NCBI RefSeq assembly: GCF_000181795.1
Contig: NW_003526943.1
Location: forward strand, 10,985,759 to 11,049,758
Direction: 5' to 3'
From: Trichinella spiralis
Taxonomy: Eukaryota
DNA: 64,000 nt
The translations under genes and the position numbers were made by a program. The notes beneath the pieces were generated by a model. That model had not been told where the DNA came from. It saw only the letters and a program-made list of their open reading frames with translations, and made no database searches. This document shows, piece after piece, positions 1 to 14,500 of this stretch; within the stretch, counting starts at the first letter, position 1, and every line of letters starts with the position of its first letter.

Positions 1-14
1 ATATTTATTTTATT

Positions 15-1868
15 ATGAGTTGCAAGGATTGTTTCAAAATGCAACTAGAAGAGATTACTGTTTTACGAAGCATGTTTCGTGAGCCCGAAGAACTGACATT
101 TGATAACATTGAAAATTTGAATAAATTGGAAGCTTTTGTCGTAAATGAAACAGCATTACTTGAAGATACGTCGCTGGAATCCGTTTCGTTTTCTCTTAAA
201 TTGAAGGTAAGCTTTTAATGAGAATAATGTATGTGCTGGTTTATTTTATCAAACTACACTTAATTATGCGACTCTTTCTGATTTTTTTGCATGAGTGTTG
301 ATGATTGATTGCGTGAGTTTTAGACTCTGTGTGATAAATTCCATTGTATAATGCAATTGGAATTTTTGAATGAATGATATTTTTTGCATTTTTATTTTAC
401 GAAAATTCTGACAAGCTTTTGATTTGCTGAATTTAAAGTATTTAATAGTTTGAATTAGAATTTTAATGCATTTGCATAAGTTGAATAAGTTGTTATGCTG
501 TGCAGATTGAGTTAATTGTATTAAAGGTTGAATTGTGAATTATTTGCAATATATAATTGTGTGGTAGTGTTTTCTCCGAATTTTAGGAAATTTGATTTTT
601 CATATAATTATTTTATCGTCAAATAGATAAGAATTGTGTTAGGTGTGAAAAATATTTCAATTGTAATGGAACGTTCTGCTGGATATTTTGAAATAAATAA
701 TAAAGTTTATTATGAAACGGTAAAGTTCGATTACTTTTAAATGTTTTTTGCGGCATACTTTTTGTGAATATGAAAATAATTCATTTTTAGTTTTAATAAA
801 AATTAATCACGTTTTTTTTATTTCTCTTCTTTGGATGGAGTTGGCTATTTCCTCGATTATTCTTTTCATACAAATTGTCAGTTGCATGTTTTTCAGCTCA
901 ATTATTTGTGATGACGTGAAAGTGTGAACGTGCATTATTTCTCTGTTTTTTGCTTCCTTAGTTTTTGTTTGCATTTTTTTAAAAAATTATTGACAAGAGA
1001 GTAAATTTTTTTATTTCATTGTTTTTATCATTTGAAGAGAAAGAGATTTGATTTTCAAGTTTGAATTTGAATACTTATGTGAAGTGAAAAAGAATAAAAA
1101 TACAATGCACATGTTTGCATATATTTTGAAAAGATAGGAAGAGAATAAATATTGATGATGGGATAATTTTGAAATTAATTTCAGAATGAAACGAACTGTA
1201 CGTTGGTTTTATCCTTTGAACTTCCTTTCACGTATCCTCTTTGTCAGCCGCCACTTGTGGTGATTGGATGCTCATCGTTGGATTGTCACAAGTTGGATGC
1301 GTTGAATGTACAACTTCGTCAGTACATCTCTTCCAAATTTGCTCAAGCTCCATTTTTGTACGACATTGCACAGTGGATATGTGAAACGAAAATTCCCACC
1401 GATGATGTGGCACCAATTGGTGAGGGGTCGGATGTTTTAGAAACAAGCGAACAGCCGAACGAATCGAAAGTATTTTGCCGCTATTGGATTTACAGTCATC
1501 ACATTTATAATAAAGTGAAAAGGAGAGGGATGCTAGAATTGGCTAAACAGTTGGATTTGACAGGTTTCTGTTTGCCCGGCAAGCCGGGCGTGGTTTGCGT
1601 GGAAGGCGATCGGCGGGATTGTATCCAATTCTGGAAAGAGGTACGCAAATGGACATGGAAGAAAATTTCACTCAAACACGTAGAAGAGGAGGAGGATTCG
1701 AATTTGTTTGTGCGAAAATTTGGAACTTTTGAAGAATTGAATTTTGCAACTCAGCCAGGCAGTCGACACATGGACTTTGGGTTGCTTTATAAATTCATGG
1801 TTGATCACGGCTGCGGGGATATGTTCATTTTCTGCTTTGGCATGCAAGGACGAGACTCCAATTTATAG
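15..1868 (+). CDS. RWDD2: RWD domain-containing protein 2 (RWDD2A/B-like); exons 15-206 and 1185-1868, ~291 aa
   Basis: N-terminal RWD start (QLEEITVLRSMF), LPFTYP motif, C-terminal WIYSHHIY...LTGFCLPGKPGVVCVEG...FW..VRKWTWK domain. The phase-0 intron AAG|GTAAGC...TTTCAG joins both ORFs in frame. Confidence 0.9.
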
Positions 1869-1876
1869 CTGTACCT

Positions 1877-1877
1877 C

Positions 1878-1908
<31 letters not shown>
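1877..1908. repeat. (CA)n(TA)n compound microsatellite just after the RWDD2 stop
   Basis: Direct reading: cacacacac...catatatatatat. Confidence 0.9.
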
Positions 1909-2296
1909 GCCCTTTCTAATTTTTCACTGCAGTTGCTGACGGGTATCCGTTTAATAAGATTCTTTTCAGGCTTGCTGCATGCATCATTTTCATGAGCATG
2001 TTGTGCGTTTTCAATGATTGATTGGACAACATTGTTCTTGTTTGAATAGCCTACCATGTGTTTGTGCGTGTGTGTGCTTAGCTGATGCTTGGCTAGTAAT
2101 CATTTTCAACATTTCATTTTTAACTACACAGCAACTAATTGATGACATGACTTCACACGACAAATTCACTCTGAAACCCGCCTTTTAGTGTTGTTGTCGC
2201 TTTTTACCGCTTCCGCTCCAACAAGCGAGCATCATGTCAGCTGTGAACAAATTTTCTCATTTCTGACCACACCAAACAATCCGCATCCTCATCAGC

Positions 2297-2303
2297 ATGG
2301 AAG
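2297..2303 (+). CDS. Candidate alternative first coding micro-exon A of NALCN (M-E-V...)
   Basis: ATG GAA G|GTGAGT, consensus donor, phase 1, in frame with the acceptor ending at 19746. Confidence 0.5.
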
Positions 2304-4222
2304 GTGAGTAAGCGTTGTTGTCTATATTTCCTGTTGCCTTTTTTATCCATTCCATTTTCACTGATTTTCCTCTCCATAACGCTCTTTTATATTTCTACTT
2401 GGGTCGCTTCTCATTGCTTCATTGCTCAACAACATCTTTCAACTCTTCTTCCACAAACCCAACAACAACACTCGCAGATACACTCTTACAAACAAATGAC
2501 ACAGCTTATTTTTCATACTTTTCTGCTTGTCAAATGAATAAGCGAATATCAATGAAAAATTATAATAATAATAATAAAGTGAAATTATTACAACACCGTC
2601 CAGGTTTTTTTTGGTTCTTAAACAATAATCTTTATTCTACGTAAACGAAATGTATGTTGCTTGATTTTGTTTGTATGATTTGCTTTCTTCTTTTTTTATA
2701 TTCTATTTCTTTAGCATTTGTTGTTTTCACTGTTTGTGGCATGCAAATATTATATGAACTTGAATCAACATGTGATAAGCAGCTGTGAACTTTCAACATC
2801 AGTTGTATAAAATTAATTCAATTTCTTTTTAAATTCATTTTACAGGGTTATGAAAATTTTCTTCAAAATTCCAGGTTTGTATTTGTTTTTATTTGCATAT
2901 TTATTTATTTATTTACTTGATCATGTTATAAATCACTTTTTTTTCAATAATTCACCATGCTTGATTTGATGAAATTTGCATTTTTTTCTCAAAATTCAAC
3001 TCAAATATTTCCATCAAACAGTGTGTATTCAACTTTATTACTAACAACGAACAAGTGGACCGACCAGTCAGTATTTGTAATTCGATATATATAATTTCAT
3101 TAGGGAATATTTTATTTTTTCTACATATTGAATATAGGAAATGGTTTTTCGATTGTGGAAAATTGATACGTAATTATTATGCGTTGAATCGACCGAAGGG
3201 GATAATCTTTTCGTCGTGAACCTTTGAAAAAGATTGATGTATTTATTGTTCGTTGTTTGGAAGTTTTGTGTTCTTCTTGACAACCGAATTGTGCCGTGCT
3301 GAAATTTTATACATTTAAATCCAATTAAATAATCCGGCTAGCTGTTCGTTCGTTATAATTTACTGTGGCTAATCGCTGTGAGCTTAATTATTGCCCAGAG
3401 CAAGAATTTGACGAGCATTTAGTTGACAAAAGTAAATTTTTAATTGTGTAAATTTAAGTAAATTGTCCTCTTCATTTCGATTCGGTTATTTCAACGTTAA
3501 CAAAAATTAATGCAAACGACGGGGGAAAGCCATTAATACAAATGTTTAGCAGAAATTGATTTAAGCTGATGCATTGCTAAAGTGCTAATAACAAAAAGAA
3601 TTCTCTCGTAACCTCTGAAAATTAGCATTAAGCATTATCGCACGCCAGCCTGTACTTGTTCAAAGCTGATTGTTTTCTTTAAAACAACCAAAAAAAATAT
3701 GAGCAAATGCTGAAGGTGCTATGCGATAAGATTCATGCCAACATTGTGTGTTTAAAATAACATTTTTTAAATCGAAGATTTTAGAAGAATTTGGAAAATT
3801 TCAACATCCATTTACTTTTGAAGCTGTGCACAACATTTTGATCAAAGCGGTGATATGAGATTAGTCAGGGTGGAATTTATTCCCTTTTCGATTGTGAAGA
3901 TCATATTTAATAACATTTAATCTATACTGAATTCAGTAGTTTTCATTTTTTAAAATTAATTCATTTTGCAGTTTAGAAACATTCTTTTCTTATGAAGTTA
4001 CAAAATTCAATTAAAAAATACCGTATTAATTAAGAGTGAAATGAATTCACTTTTGAATTGCAGAATTGAAATTTTATTTGTTGTGTTTAATTTAATTTTG
4101 AAAAAAGCACTTTTTTAAATATTTATGTAATTTGCACAATTCTATGTGCATTTTTATTTGTTATTGGCTGACTAATTTTCTATGAAACAGATTTTGAAGT
4201 TCAAAATGTGATAATTTCTATG

Positions 4223-4277
4223 AATATCTTTTGATGAACAGTATAAAAATATCTTTTGATGATCAGTATAAAAATAT
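4223..4277. repeat. 25-bp tandem duplication (~2.2 copies)
   Basis: aatatcttttgatga(a/t)cagtataaa twice, one mismatch. Confidence 0.85.
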
Positions 4278-4921
4278 AAATTTATTGTTTGTTCATCATT
4301 GATTGTAGTTTGATAAAAAGAAATTGCATTTATTCACAGCATAAATACCGGCAAATCACCCTTTATGTAATTCATTTATCAACAACATATTGCAATTTTA
4401 ATTGGACATAATTTCGAATGTATTCGGTGGATTCTCCCTGCTGAACATTGTTTAATATTAATCTTCTTTCATTGACTTTAATAATATATGCGCGTATTGA
4501 TGCTGCCTTGTTGGATTCAGGTGGACATGTTTTACAATTTCAAGTTGTCCAAAGCATTAAAATACGTCCAGTTGCAGTTGCGTGTAAAATCTCAGTATGC
4601 TAATCAGTTAGTTTGTCTTTTTTTACAATCATATGTTCTTCAGGGATGTCAGTGTTTGGGAGGGGGGTCAATTAGTGGTTTTTGTCAAAATCCGACATCC
4701 AACTGTTGTCAGCCTGACGGGAGGTCCGGAGCTTTCTTGAGACCACTTTCACACTCCATTACGCAGATCGATCTGCTTTTTACCAATGGATGGCTGAATT
4801 GTCGACCAATTTCATCTTTTCACAATGACTTCTGTTCATGACACCTGTAAAGCTTCAATGTTGCTTGGACGGCTGTGAATCTGCTCAACTGTCTGTACAG
4901 TGATCACTTTTCTCACGTTTC

Positions 4922-4931
4922 ATGGAGCCGC
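4922..4931 (+). CDS. Candidate alternative first coding micro-exon B of NALCN (M-E-P-L...)
   Basis: ATG GAG CCG C|GTAAGT, phase 1. First ATG after an AG at 4899-4900, in a GC-richer island. Confidence 0.5.
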
Positions 4932-4990
4932 GTAAGTTGGTTTGAAAATTTTTTTTCCCACTTCTTTCCTTCTCCAAAACTCTACTTCTT

Positions 4991-5009
4991 CTGCTGCTGC
5001 TGCTGCTGC
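4991..5009. repeat. (CTG)n microsatellite within a pyrimidine-rich tract
   Basis: ctgctgctgctgctgctgc. Confidence 0.85.
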
Positions 5010-8000
5010 TTTTCCTCCTCCTCATCCTTTTCATTGTCATTATTTTCTGTTTATCATTGTAAAGCAGTATTATTGTTTATAACAGTGTAGCAGTACCGTG
5101 ATTATTAAAATTATGACCTTTTATATCTTTATTTTTCTTAGCATTTGAAAAGTAGCAGTAAAGTATTTGGATATTTCTATATTGTGCGTGATTTAAATTA
5201 AAGTGCAGAAAAATAGCTTTCATTTTTTCTTCAGTTAAAATTGCAATTTTGTATTTGCAAAGAATTTTGGAGAAAGATAAATTAAAATTGATTTTAAAGC
5301 TGTTGAATTGGTTCGGATAATTTTGCACTTAATTGTAGCATTTTTAAGTAAATGCAAAAGGCTTTAACGCAGAATGAAAAATTTCTCCAAAAGATGTCAA
5401 AAATTCTCTCACTAATGAAATAGAGAAGCGAAATGATAAATTCACAGTATTTTGCATGCGCGTGTATAATATAGTAAAAGATGAATTTGTGAACATGCAA
5501 TAAACAAACGATGTTTAGCTTTTCAATATTGTAATAGGATTTTGCCAGATTGAAGACGACTCCACTACTCGAACAGTTTTACATTTGTTTGTTTGATATA
5601 TTTCAAGATCATCGACAGAGTTGAGAAGCATGAATTATTTATATTGATTGTAAAACTGTAAGCTGCGTGGGGCAAAATTAAGCCATGCACTAATCAATTA
5701 GCTTAAAATTCAATGCAGTGTCAGTCAGCTTGACGTGGTAGCAGTGTTAAATAATGAATGATGGGATTGTATTACATAGATTAGCTACGACAAAGCTGCC
5801 TAAACTAAACGATTTCCATCACCTGAAACTTCAGTGCTGTCAAGTGGGATAAATGGAATCTTGAGAAATGGAAAATAAGCTTTTGATTCTAGAAAAATAT
5901 ATTATTAATACATTTTATGCAGCTTTTCAATTGGTTTTAGTTTTCCCATCTTGACGATGCTAAGAAGAAATTGTTTTTCTCTACACTGGCATTGAAGAAC
6001 AGAAAAGAACGAAAAATCATCTAACAATAACATACTCTTTAACATGTGCAGAATTTGAAAAAAATGTTTGTTTATTTGTTTGCTTTCTTTTTATAAAGTA
6101 CAAATACATTTGTGTGATGGGGAATAAATGCTTTGATGAGCTTTTGCAAATCCTGTTATAGCCAATTGCAAAATCAGATAGTGTTAAACATTTAAATTTA
6201 AATTTAAATTTTATTCTGAATATTATTATAGTCGATCGTTTTCAATAATAATTATTATTTGATATTTAATTTTCCATGAAGCAGCAGTTCTTGAAGTTGC
6301 ACAATGACATCTTTGTACAATGCTAATAATTATCACTGAATGTTACATTAGTTGCAGCACCTTTTGGTGTTGTTGATGAATTATTCTGCTGAGCGTATAT
6401 TGAAGAAATTATAATAACAAGTTCAGTGGAAAAGAAAATTACTTTCTTTAATAATTTTCTTTTGAAATTTGCAATAATATATAAATTCTTTTGAAGTATA
6501 ATTGCCGAAGTTATCAAACTATGGAAACATTCATTATTTGTACTAATTGGTAGTTGATTTACATATGCAGTGTTGAATTTCTCTCAATTTTCAAAAGTTC
6601 ATTAGGTGATTCAACATTATATGGTTCCTCTTTTGCAGTGGATATGCAAAGAACAGCAATGATGAATCTTTTTTCAACTTTTTCAATTATACACAACTGT
6701 GACAACTGCAAAAATTAAATTTACATAAATTCTACTGAATAAAATACTGTCATCGTTAGTTAAATCAAGAAATTGTAAGTGTGATATTTTTCATTTTTCT
6801 TCAATCTACTGTGAATGATTTTGCATGATCTGCATTTACTTATTTTTGCTTGTTCATTTATATACATAAGACTTTTAAACATGAAAATTCATTCAAGTAC
6901 ATATGTATAACAGTGTTTTGTTTCATATGAAAATTATGTTGAACTTGTGAATAAATGAATGAAATTATTACTTATGCTTTGGTGTTATGTTTACTTGCCA
7001 TGCATTTCTAGCACAGGTATTGGAAGTTATGCAATTGTTTACTTTGAACTATTAATTGTAATCAATCAAAGTAATCAATTTTATTGATTTACAAACAATT
7101 ATGTGTAAATGTAAAAAATTTCATTACGCAACATTGTATTGTAACAAATACCCTCAGTGAAAAATTTTTTGCTATTCTTTTTTCTTCTTTGGATGGTCTG
7201 TATGCAATGTATCACTGAACCTAAAATATTCAATTCTCAATAGTTCAATTAGTTAGGATGCTATTTTTGTCTTTCTAAAGTACTGTATAACTGAACATTA
7301 AAAATGTTTTAAACATAACTAAAAACAACAATATTTAAGCAGAATTTTGTCATAGTTTTTTTTGATTGGCATAATTTTCATAATATCCGGCCTCTTAGAG
7401 TCTATCAGTATTTGCAATCCTGTTTAATAATATTATAATGATTGATTATTTTTTAATGAATGATATTTGAGTGAACAAAAAATTAAATTAAAATCTGAAA
7501 ACATTATTAATAATGGACAGTCTGTAAGCGGTCGGCGTTAAGTATACTTAGTTTGTATTAAAGGACCATTAAATAAAGGATAATTGATTCATGGCATGTA
7601 TTATGAGCTAGCTTCTAGTAAACGTTTTCTATAACGAGTTGTCTGCTTTCTTATTTAAGTAATTTCAATAAATGCCAGTTAAATTACCAATAATTGCAAA
7701 TTGATTGGCAGTTTGATTAAAACGGTCACCACTTGATTGGGATAATCTTTTCTACTTGGCATAAGTTACACAGTGCAGCATTATATTGGCATTTCTAGTT
7801 TATTAACATTAAAATTGAAATTATTTAGATGAACAAAAGGAAATTTATTTCTTTAATCGAATTTATGAATAAATTCACACTTTTATTGTACAGCCTTATT
7901 TTGATGAAAATGTCAGAAATATTTTCAGTATATTTTATTTCATTGAACTTTATTTCCATTTTTTCATAACTTTTCTTCTATATTTGTGCAAAGGATATGA

Positions 8001-11000
8001 ATGTGCCTTTTAAGTTTAATGATGAGTGGAAAACAATACATTCCTTTGAATATGAAGAGCCTTTATTCTTTGCGAAATTATCAGAATGCAGTTTATATTT
8101 GAATCTCTGAATGTCTGTTTGTGCATATCGAATTTGCACAGATTGCAATTTAACTATTTTTGAATTTTGAGTTGAAGCTTTTTTTGTCCCACTGAAGTTT
8201 TTTCGTTTTATGTTCTTAATACAACAGAGCACTGTATATCACTTGGTGCGGAATTCGTTAAAAAATTGAACATAATTCTATGTGTAAATGTGGAATTTTT
8301 TGAAACATGAAACTACATCATCTGCATATTATTTTCTCTTTTAATTCAGCATATTAATTCATATTAAAATTAAAAATTATGTTACTTATTGAATATTTTG
8401 TGCATAATTACAAACTTTAATTAACTGTTTACTCAATGGCTATTTGTAAAAATCAACAAATATGTAATAACAAAATATTGCAAATAACATTGCTGATTAC
8501 TTTAAAATGTGCAAAGAATAAAACCAACATAATAAGAACAATTCTAATAGTAATGCTGCAATCGTCAGTTTAGTAGTATTAGTTATAGTTTATGCAATTT
8601 TCTGCAGATATATCTATTTTTAATTATTTTATTTATTTTATTTTATGAAAATATTTGTACACTGTAAACTGCTATGACTATGTAATGATTCAATCATTTA
8701 TATATTTTGGAAAGTTCTCATTGAAGTAACTGCAGTTATGTTCAAACATTACGGTATAGAAAATGACGAGTAGGTGTATTTTTTATTTATATAGCTTCAA
8801 AATAGTTATTGTTAATAGCATTATTATAATAACAATTTGTTATTATAAGCTTTTAGCATGAAGAAAGATAATTTTTAGTTTGAGTAATTCAGATGTCTTG
8901 AAACATGGGATTTCATGATATAACTAATAAAATGCCATTTTCAGTAAGCAGCAGACATGACTGTAAAGTGGATGAATATGATAAATTTAAGCATAGATTC
9001 AAATGTAGTGCTGTATAATTTAGCAGCTAATTTTTGAATGCATAATCATATGTCAGATTTGAATTGACTGTGAGTATGATTTTATATGACGTTATTTAAT
9101 TTTTGTTTGAAATTTAAATAAATAAATTAAAATGTTTGAAATAGTGAAAATTACAATATAAGACTTTCTTTTATGAAACTTTAAAATAATAAAATATTTA
9201 TAAGATGAGTAGATAAAATATCTCTTAAAAAGGACTTTTCCTTTTTTCTGTTTAATTCTTTAATGAAACATCATTTGAAATTAAGTTGTAAGTGAATTTT
9301 AAGATGAATTATAATTTTATACTAGTTTAAGTAATTTTTGAAAAAATTTTGCTTGTTGAATTCATAGCGGACATGGACAAGCATTTTTAATAGTAATTAT
9401 TGAACAGAATTGTAAAACATATGCAAATGTGATTGGCTGAAAATTGTTAACGTGGGCTTAAAATGCCGATGTCAGTAAATTTTGCTTGATCTTTATCTGC
9501 TGGAGTTGTTTGCCATGCCAGTGGCAACATTTGCGCAAACACTTTTCCTTAAAACATTAATTAGTTGTATTCAGATGAGGTTAGGCTTTTGCATATTCTT
9601 GTGATATTTTAAAAATCGATCATGTGAGAAAGTTCTACGTTGGAAAATTTCTGTTCACCAATTACAAATGTATGTAATTGCTGTTTGTTCAACAATGATA
9701 ACTTGTTGGTTAACTTCTCTTTTGTTTCCTTATTCAGCGCGATAATTTAGTTTCAGATTTATTCTTACTTTACAAAATACATTTGTCAATGGATTAAATT
9801 TAATCACTGATGAATATATTGATAAAGTAAATCCGTCAGATTTATTTAAATGTACTCAGAACCAAAATGATGCAGATTTCTGTAAAATAAATTTCACAAA
9901 TTTAGCGAAAATGTATTTAAAAATTTTGCTTCTTTGCTTTGATTTGAATTTTACAGTTCATTTTTAAGTAACAACTTTAATGTAAATTAATGTTAATTCA
10001 AATGAGATACATTTAGAAGCTGCAATTATTTGATTTGCATTAGATATATTTAAATTAAATTATGAAAAAATGAGGAAGTAGCTTGTCCGCTTTTCAAGTG
10101 TTATTTTCTTGAATCTACTGATTTATATTTTGAAATGTATTGTGAGCATTTTATAAATTAAAAAGATAAATATATTGAAAAAGATAATAATTAAAATGAT
10201 GAAAAAGCGAGAATTTTCTTTTATATTAAAAGTTTATATACTTTAAATTGTCCATTTATAATGAAATATGATTTTGTAAATGAGAATCATTAAAGATGTA
10301 TTAAAAATTGGAATAGTTAACTGTGAAAGGTTCAGTTTTGTTCAGTGAAACAAAAATATGCTAGAATGATTAAAAGCGGAAGTATCGTGTTATTTGTGCT
10401 CGTGGAAGCGAGCTCAAGGGGTTTTTGATGCAATTGTCGAAAGACTATTTCTGGCATTCCTTCACAGCACAGATTAGGCCGTTTCTTTTCCATTTTTCGA
10501 GTCCCTTCAGAATGTCTGTCATCGTTCAGTTTAGCGCCTGTCAGTTATTTACTAAAATTGCATAAGCAGCTTCAAGTCTTTAGCTAAATACAATCGATTA
10601 ATCTTTGCCTACAACATAAATGCTGGGTCGACATCCGTCTGTTCAACTGGGGCGATTGATTCATTGCCCAAAGGAAAACTCCTGGGAAGCGTGCCTCACC
10701 GCAGTTCCCCATATAATGATTAAGCAATCTGAGCCCCTTAAGCTTATCTTCGTTGAAATGCATTATCATTTTTATCCCAACTTTCAATGTAATTCCGGAT
10801 GAGCTTAACAAAATTTTTAATTGCACAGGATTGGTTTAAAAATTCCAACAGACGCTTCATTCATTCAAAACTGACGTAATTTGAGAGGTATATTTTCTCA
10901 GAAATTGCGTAATTTTATTTATTTTAATAAAGAATTTTTAAACTGAAAATTTTTTAAAGATCTAAAAATAGATATTATAGCTGCAAATAAATGAAATGAA

Positions 11001-11501
11001 TAATTTGCCTTGTTGCAGATGAGAAGTGTATTTATAATTTTGCAATGTGAAAGTTTTGCAAAAGATTGATTGTCTTCACTGTATTAAACAAACGGGTGTG
11101 AATTTATGTAAGCATGTGGTTTCAGCGCTTGCAGCGCCAATCATTAAGCTTCAGATAAGCAGCAAATAATCTTGCTGCGGGTGCACCACTTTGGTCAGTG
11201 CCAAGTTACCAATATGCTTGTTGAAAAGGGACGAAAATTTTAGCGTTTTGACTTTTCTTATCCTACATTTACTATATTTATTGGTCATTTATTAATCAGT
11301 AGAAGAAGAAAAGCAAAAAGCTTTGGACATCGTTTGGTGTTGCCTTACAGTCAGGGAAAATAACATTTGGTTTCAGTGGATAATTTTCTGTCTTTCATAA
11401 CTGTTTGGAATAGAAATTTTTATTTTGCAAAAATATCTGCAAGCTCCATAATATACACAAACACACCTTTTTACATGTATAGATATAATTTTGAACCCGA
11501 T

Positions 11502-11559
11502 ATGGATTTATTTGTAATGGAAAAGGCACAGGCAGTGCATCATCCAACTCGATTTTTAA
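11502..11559 (+). CDS. Candidate alternative first coding exon C of NALCN (MDLFVMEKAQAVHHPTRFL-I...)
   Basis: 58 nt open from ATG to A|GTAAGT, phase 1. Upstream tatag could be an acceptor. Confidence 0.45.
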
Positions 11560-14500
11560 GTAAGTGAACCTTGAAGAAATGTGACAAATTTTTTCTTAAA
11601 CTATCTAATTGCTTTCGATAATTCAATCGACCATTTTCCATACGGATGAAATTTCAGACGTAGCTGGCTGCTGTTGACTGAGTTGTGAAATGACAGTTTA
11701 TTTTGGTCGATTTGAAAATTTTCCAGATTTAAAAATAATAAAATAGGCAAATAGATTGATTTAATATGACATTTTAATGACAAAACTGTTTTAATTTGAA
11801 ATTAGGAACTCAGCAATTAGGTAGACTGAATTTTGCTCTGCTGTTTGTAATAGTATAAAAAAATGTATTGATTATTTATTTACTTTATTCAGATGATGAA
11901 AAAATATCATCTTATTTACTAATCAGTTATCACAGTTGAGATGGCATCTGATTGATCATTCTGCATGTTTGGATACGCGATACTATTGTCCAATGTATAG
12001 TTTGCATGTAATGTTTAAATAGAATCATGATTTGCAATTTTATTCGCAAATATGATTGAAATATAGTCAATAATTAATATTATTATGTCAAATGCTCAAC
12101 AAAATAATAAATTATCTGTCATATTTTAAATTTGAGAATATAGTATTATCTTTGTTTTTTAAATTGAACTTTCAAAGATTGTTTTGTTTGTATTTTTGAA
12201 AAACGTTGAATTGAATTTGCTAAAAAGAAAGAAAATTCTTGCTAGTGAATGAATTTGAAAAGTTTTAGATTCCGATTTTAATACTTGTTAGTTGTTAAAG
12301 GAGCACATTCCAATGAATGCAATTTTAGATTTTTCTTCAATTCTAGAATTTGAAGAAGAAAGAAATTCAGCAATAATTTGTCAGTACAAATCTTTTTAAA
12401 CAATTTAATGACAAGCTTATTTAACAAGTGTGCTGTTATGCTAGCAGATTATCAGTTAGTTTATTGTGTATAAAAAAATAAATAATCCTTGTTGGAGGTG
12501 ATTTTTATTATCATTTTAAAGCATACCATAAGAATGGCAGAGTGATCAGCTGTGTTCTTCTAGTATGCGATAATTGTGAAGAATTGTGGCTTTTGCGTAA
12601 GCATTGTCGGTCGGCTGCTCATTGATTTAATACCTGTCAAGATTCATTAAATTCATTTGAAAGATTTTATTTTAAACGAAAACGGATTCATTTTCCACAG
12701 GCATTATTTAAATTGGTCTTCACAAATGCAATATTATTGATCAAAATTTCATTCTTACTGACGCTCTGTTTAAATAGTCAGTCGTCATTCTTTTAACTTT
12801 GCTATGCACTGATTATTGCCGATGAAAAAATCTCTTCATAATATAATAAAATTGCCATTTCCTGTGGCAATTTCTTACTTTTCATTATTTTTATTTTTAA
12901 ATCTAATTTTAAATTCTTTGGATAATCTAGGCAGATTTATTGAAAGCAACGGTTAATTATATTAGAGCATTTTCTTTTGTTAATTGTACCCCTGCAGAAG
13001 ATGGCATTTTTATTTTTCATAAGTTTAATAATCTTTCAAATGGTATATTATTTCAGCGCTTTACCAAACTTGTTAATTCACATGTTAATACATATTTCAG
13101 ACAATTTTCACTTCCATTTTTGAAGTAATAAACTGAAAATAAAATAATAAATGCAAATATGTTTATTTTTTTGTTAACCTTATTATTCTATAAATGAATT
13201 ATTAAACAAAATGTTAATCTGATCATTAAAATGACATTATCATAAGCTGAACTACTGTAATGCTATTTAAAAAATTTATTTTTTATAAAAAAAGAATTTA
13301 CAGCCGGACTAATTTTTATTTTTAAATAGATGTTTGTGCTGAAAAATATTCTTTTAAAAGAAATAATAAAATTTTGACTTTAAACATTTTGTAAGTTGCT
13401 TTGCAGTAGCTTTAATGTGCACTTTTTAATGACTTACAGCTTTTCATTTATGTGAAAATGAAAGAAAAATACTTGTAAAAAATGTTTTTAGTGAAATTCT
13501 GATGCCATTCAGTCCGGATAATCAGTTTCTCATTACTACATACTCAGATCTTTCAAATCAAATAATTACACTGTTATATGACTGTTTTTTTCCATTAAGA
13601 ATAAGAAGTCACTTTATTTATGTAAATTTGTTGCTAATTTTGATCGTTTAGGTAGGCTTGCAATGCAACAAATTGAGAATTTGTAAAACAGCGAATAATT
13701 TTACAAATTTCTATTTAATATTGTTGGAATAGCACAGGTGAATATGTTCAGAGTTGTTTATATATGTTAAAGTAGGAGTTTTTTGTGAACTAATGACTGT
13801 TTAAGAAAATATTTTTAGCTTTCGTTGATCAACTGGAAATATTTTTCATGTACAAAGCGAACAACAGTACCTATTAAACCGTAAAAAAATGTACTGCATT
13901 TCTAAATTTTTATGCTGTTTTTTTGGAAATTTTCTACTAAAATTTATATCTGTGAATTCACCAAAGAAAATTTTTTAATACTATCATTTAACAAATTAAA
14001 ATAATACTCTAATTTGAAATACTGTAGCACAGTATGTAATTTTTATGTTTAAATGTTATAATTTAAAGCTGTTTTTTGATTAAGCTTTCGTTTAATCAAT
14101 AATTTTATTGAAAGAAATGTTCAACAATGGAAATTATGTTCCTGGCTGTGAGGGCGATGTGCAATAATTCAAAATAAATGTTCAACAGTTCCTAATATTT
14201 GTAAAGATTTCATTTCTTTGTCATGAACTTTTTATTTTTTTTATCTTGATAAGCAATTCACTTTCATTGCTGAATAGAACTGCTGATGCTGATTGATATT
14301 TTTTAATAATATTTTTGAAATGCTCCTATTTAGTAAATGTAATGTCACTTTTTACAAAATGGACAATATTAGCATGTCACTGCAATGTGGTGCTGAAGTA
14401 TACTGTACTACAATTAAATGCATTATGTATAGTGATATGTATGAGTCCACGTTCTATGTGTTGAAATGCATTCTTTTAGCGGTTTTATTTTATTTTATTT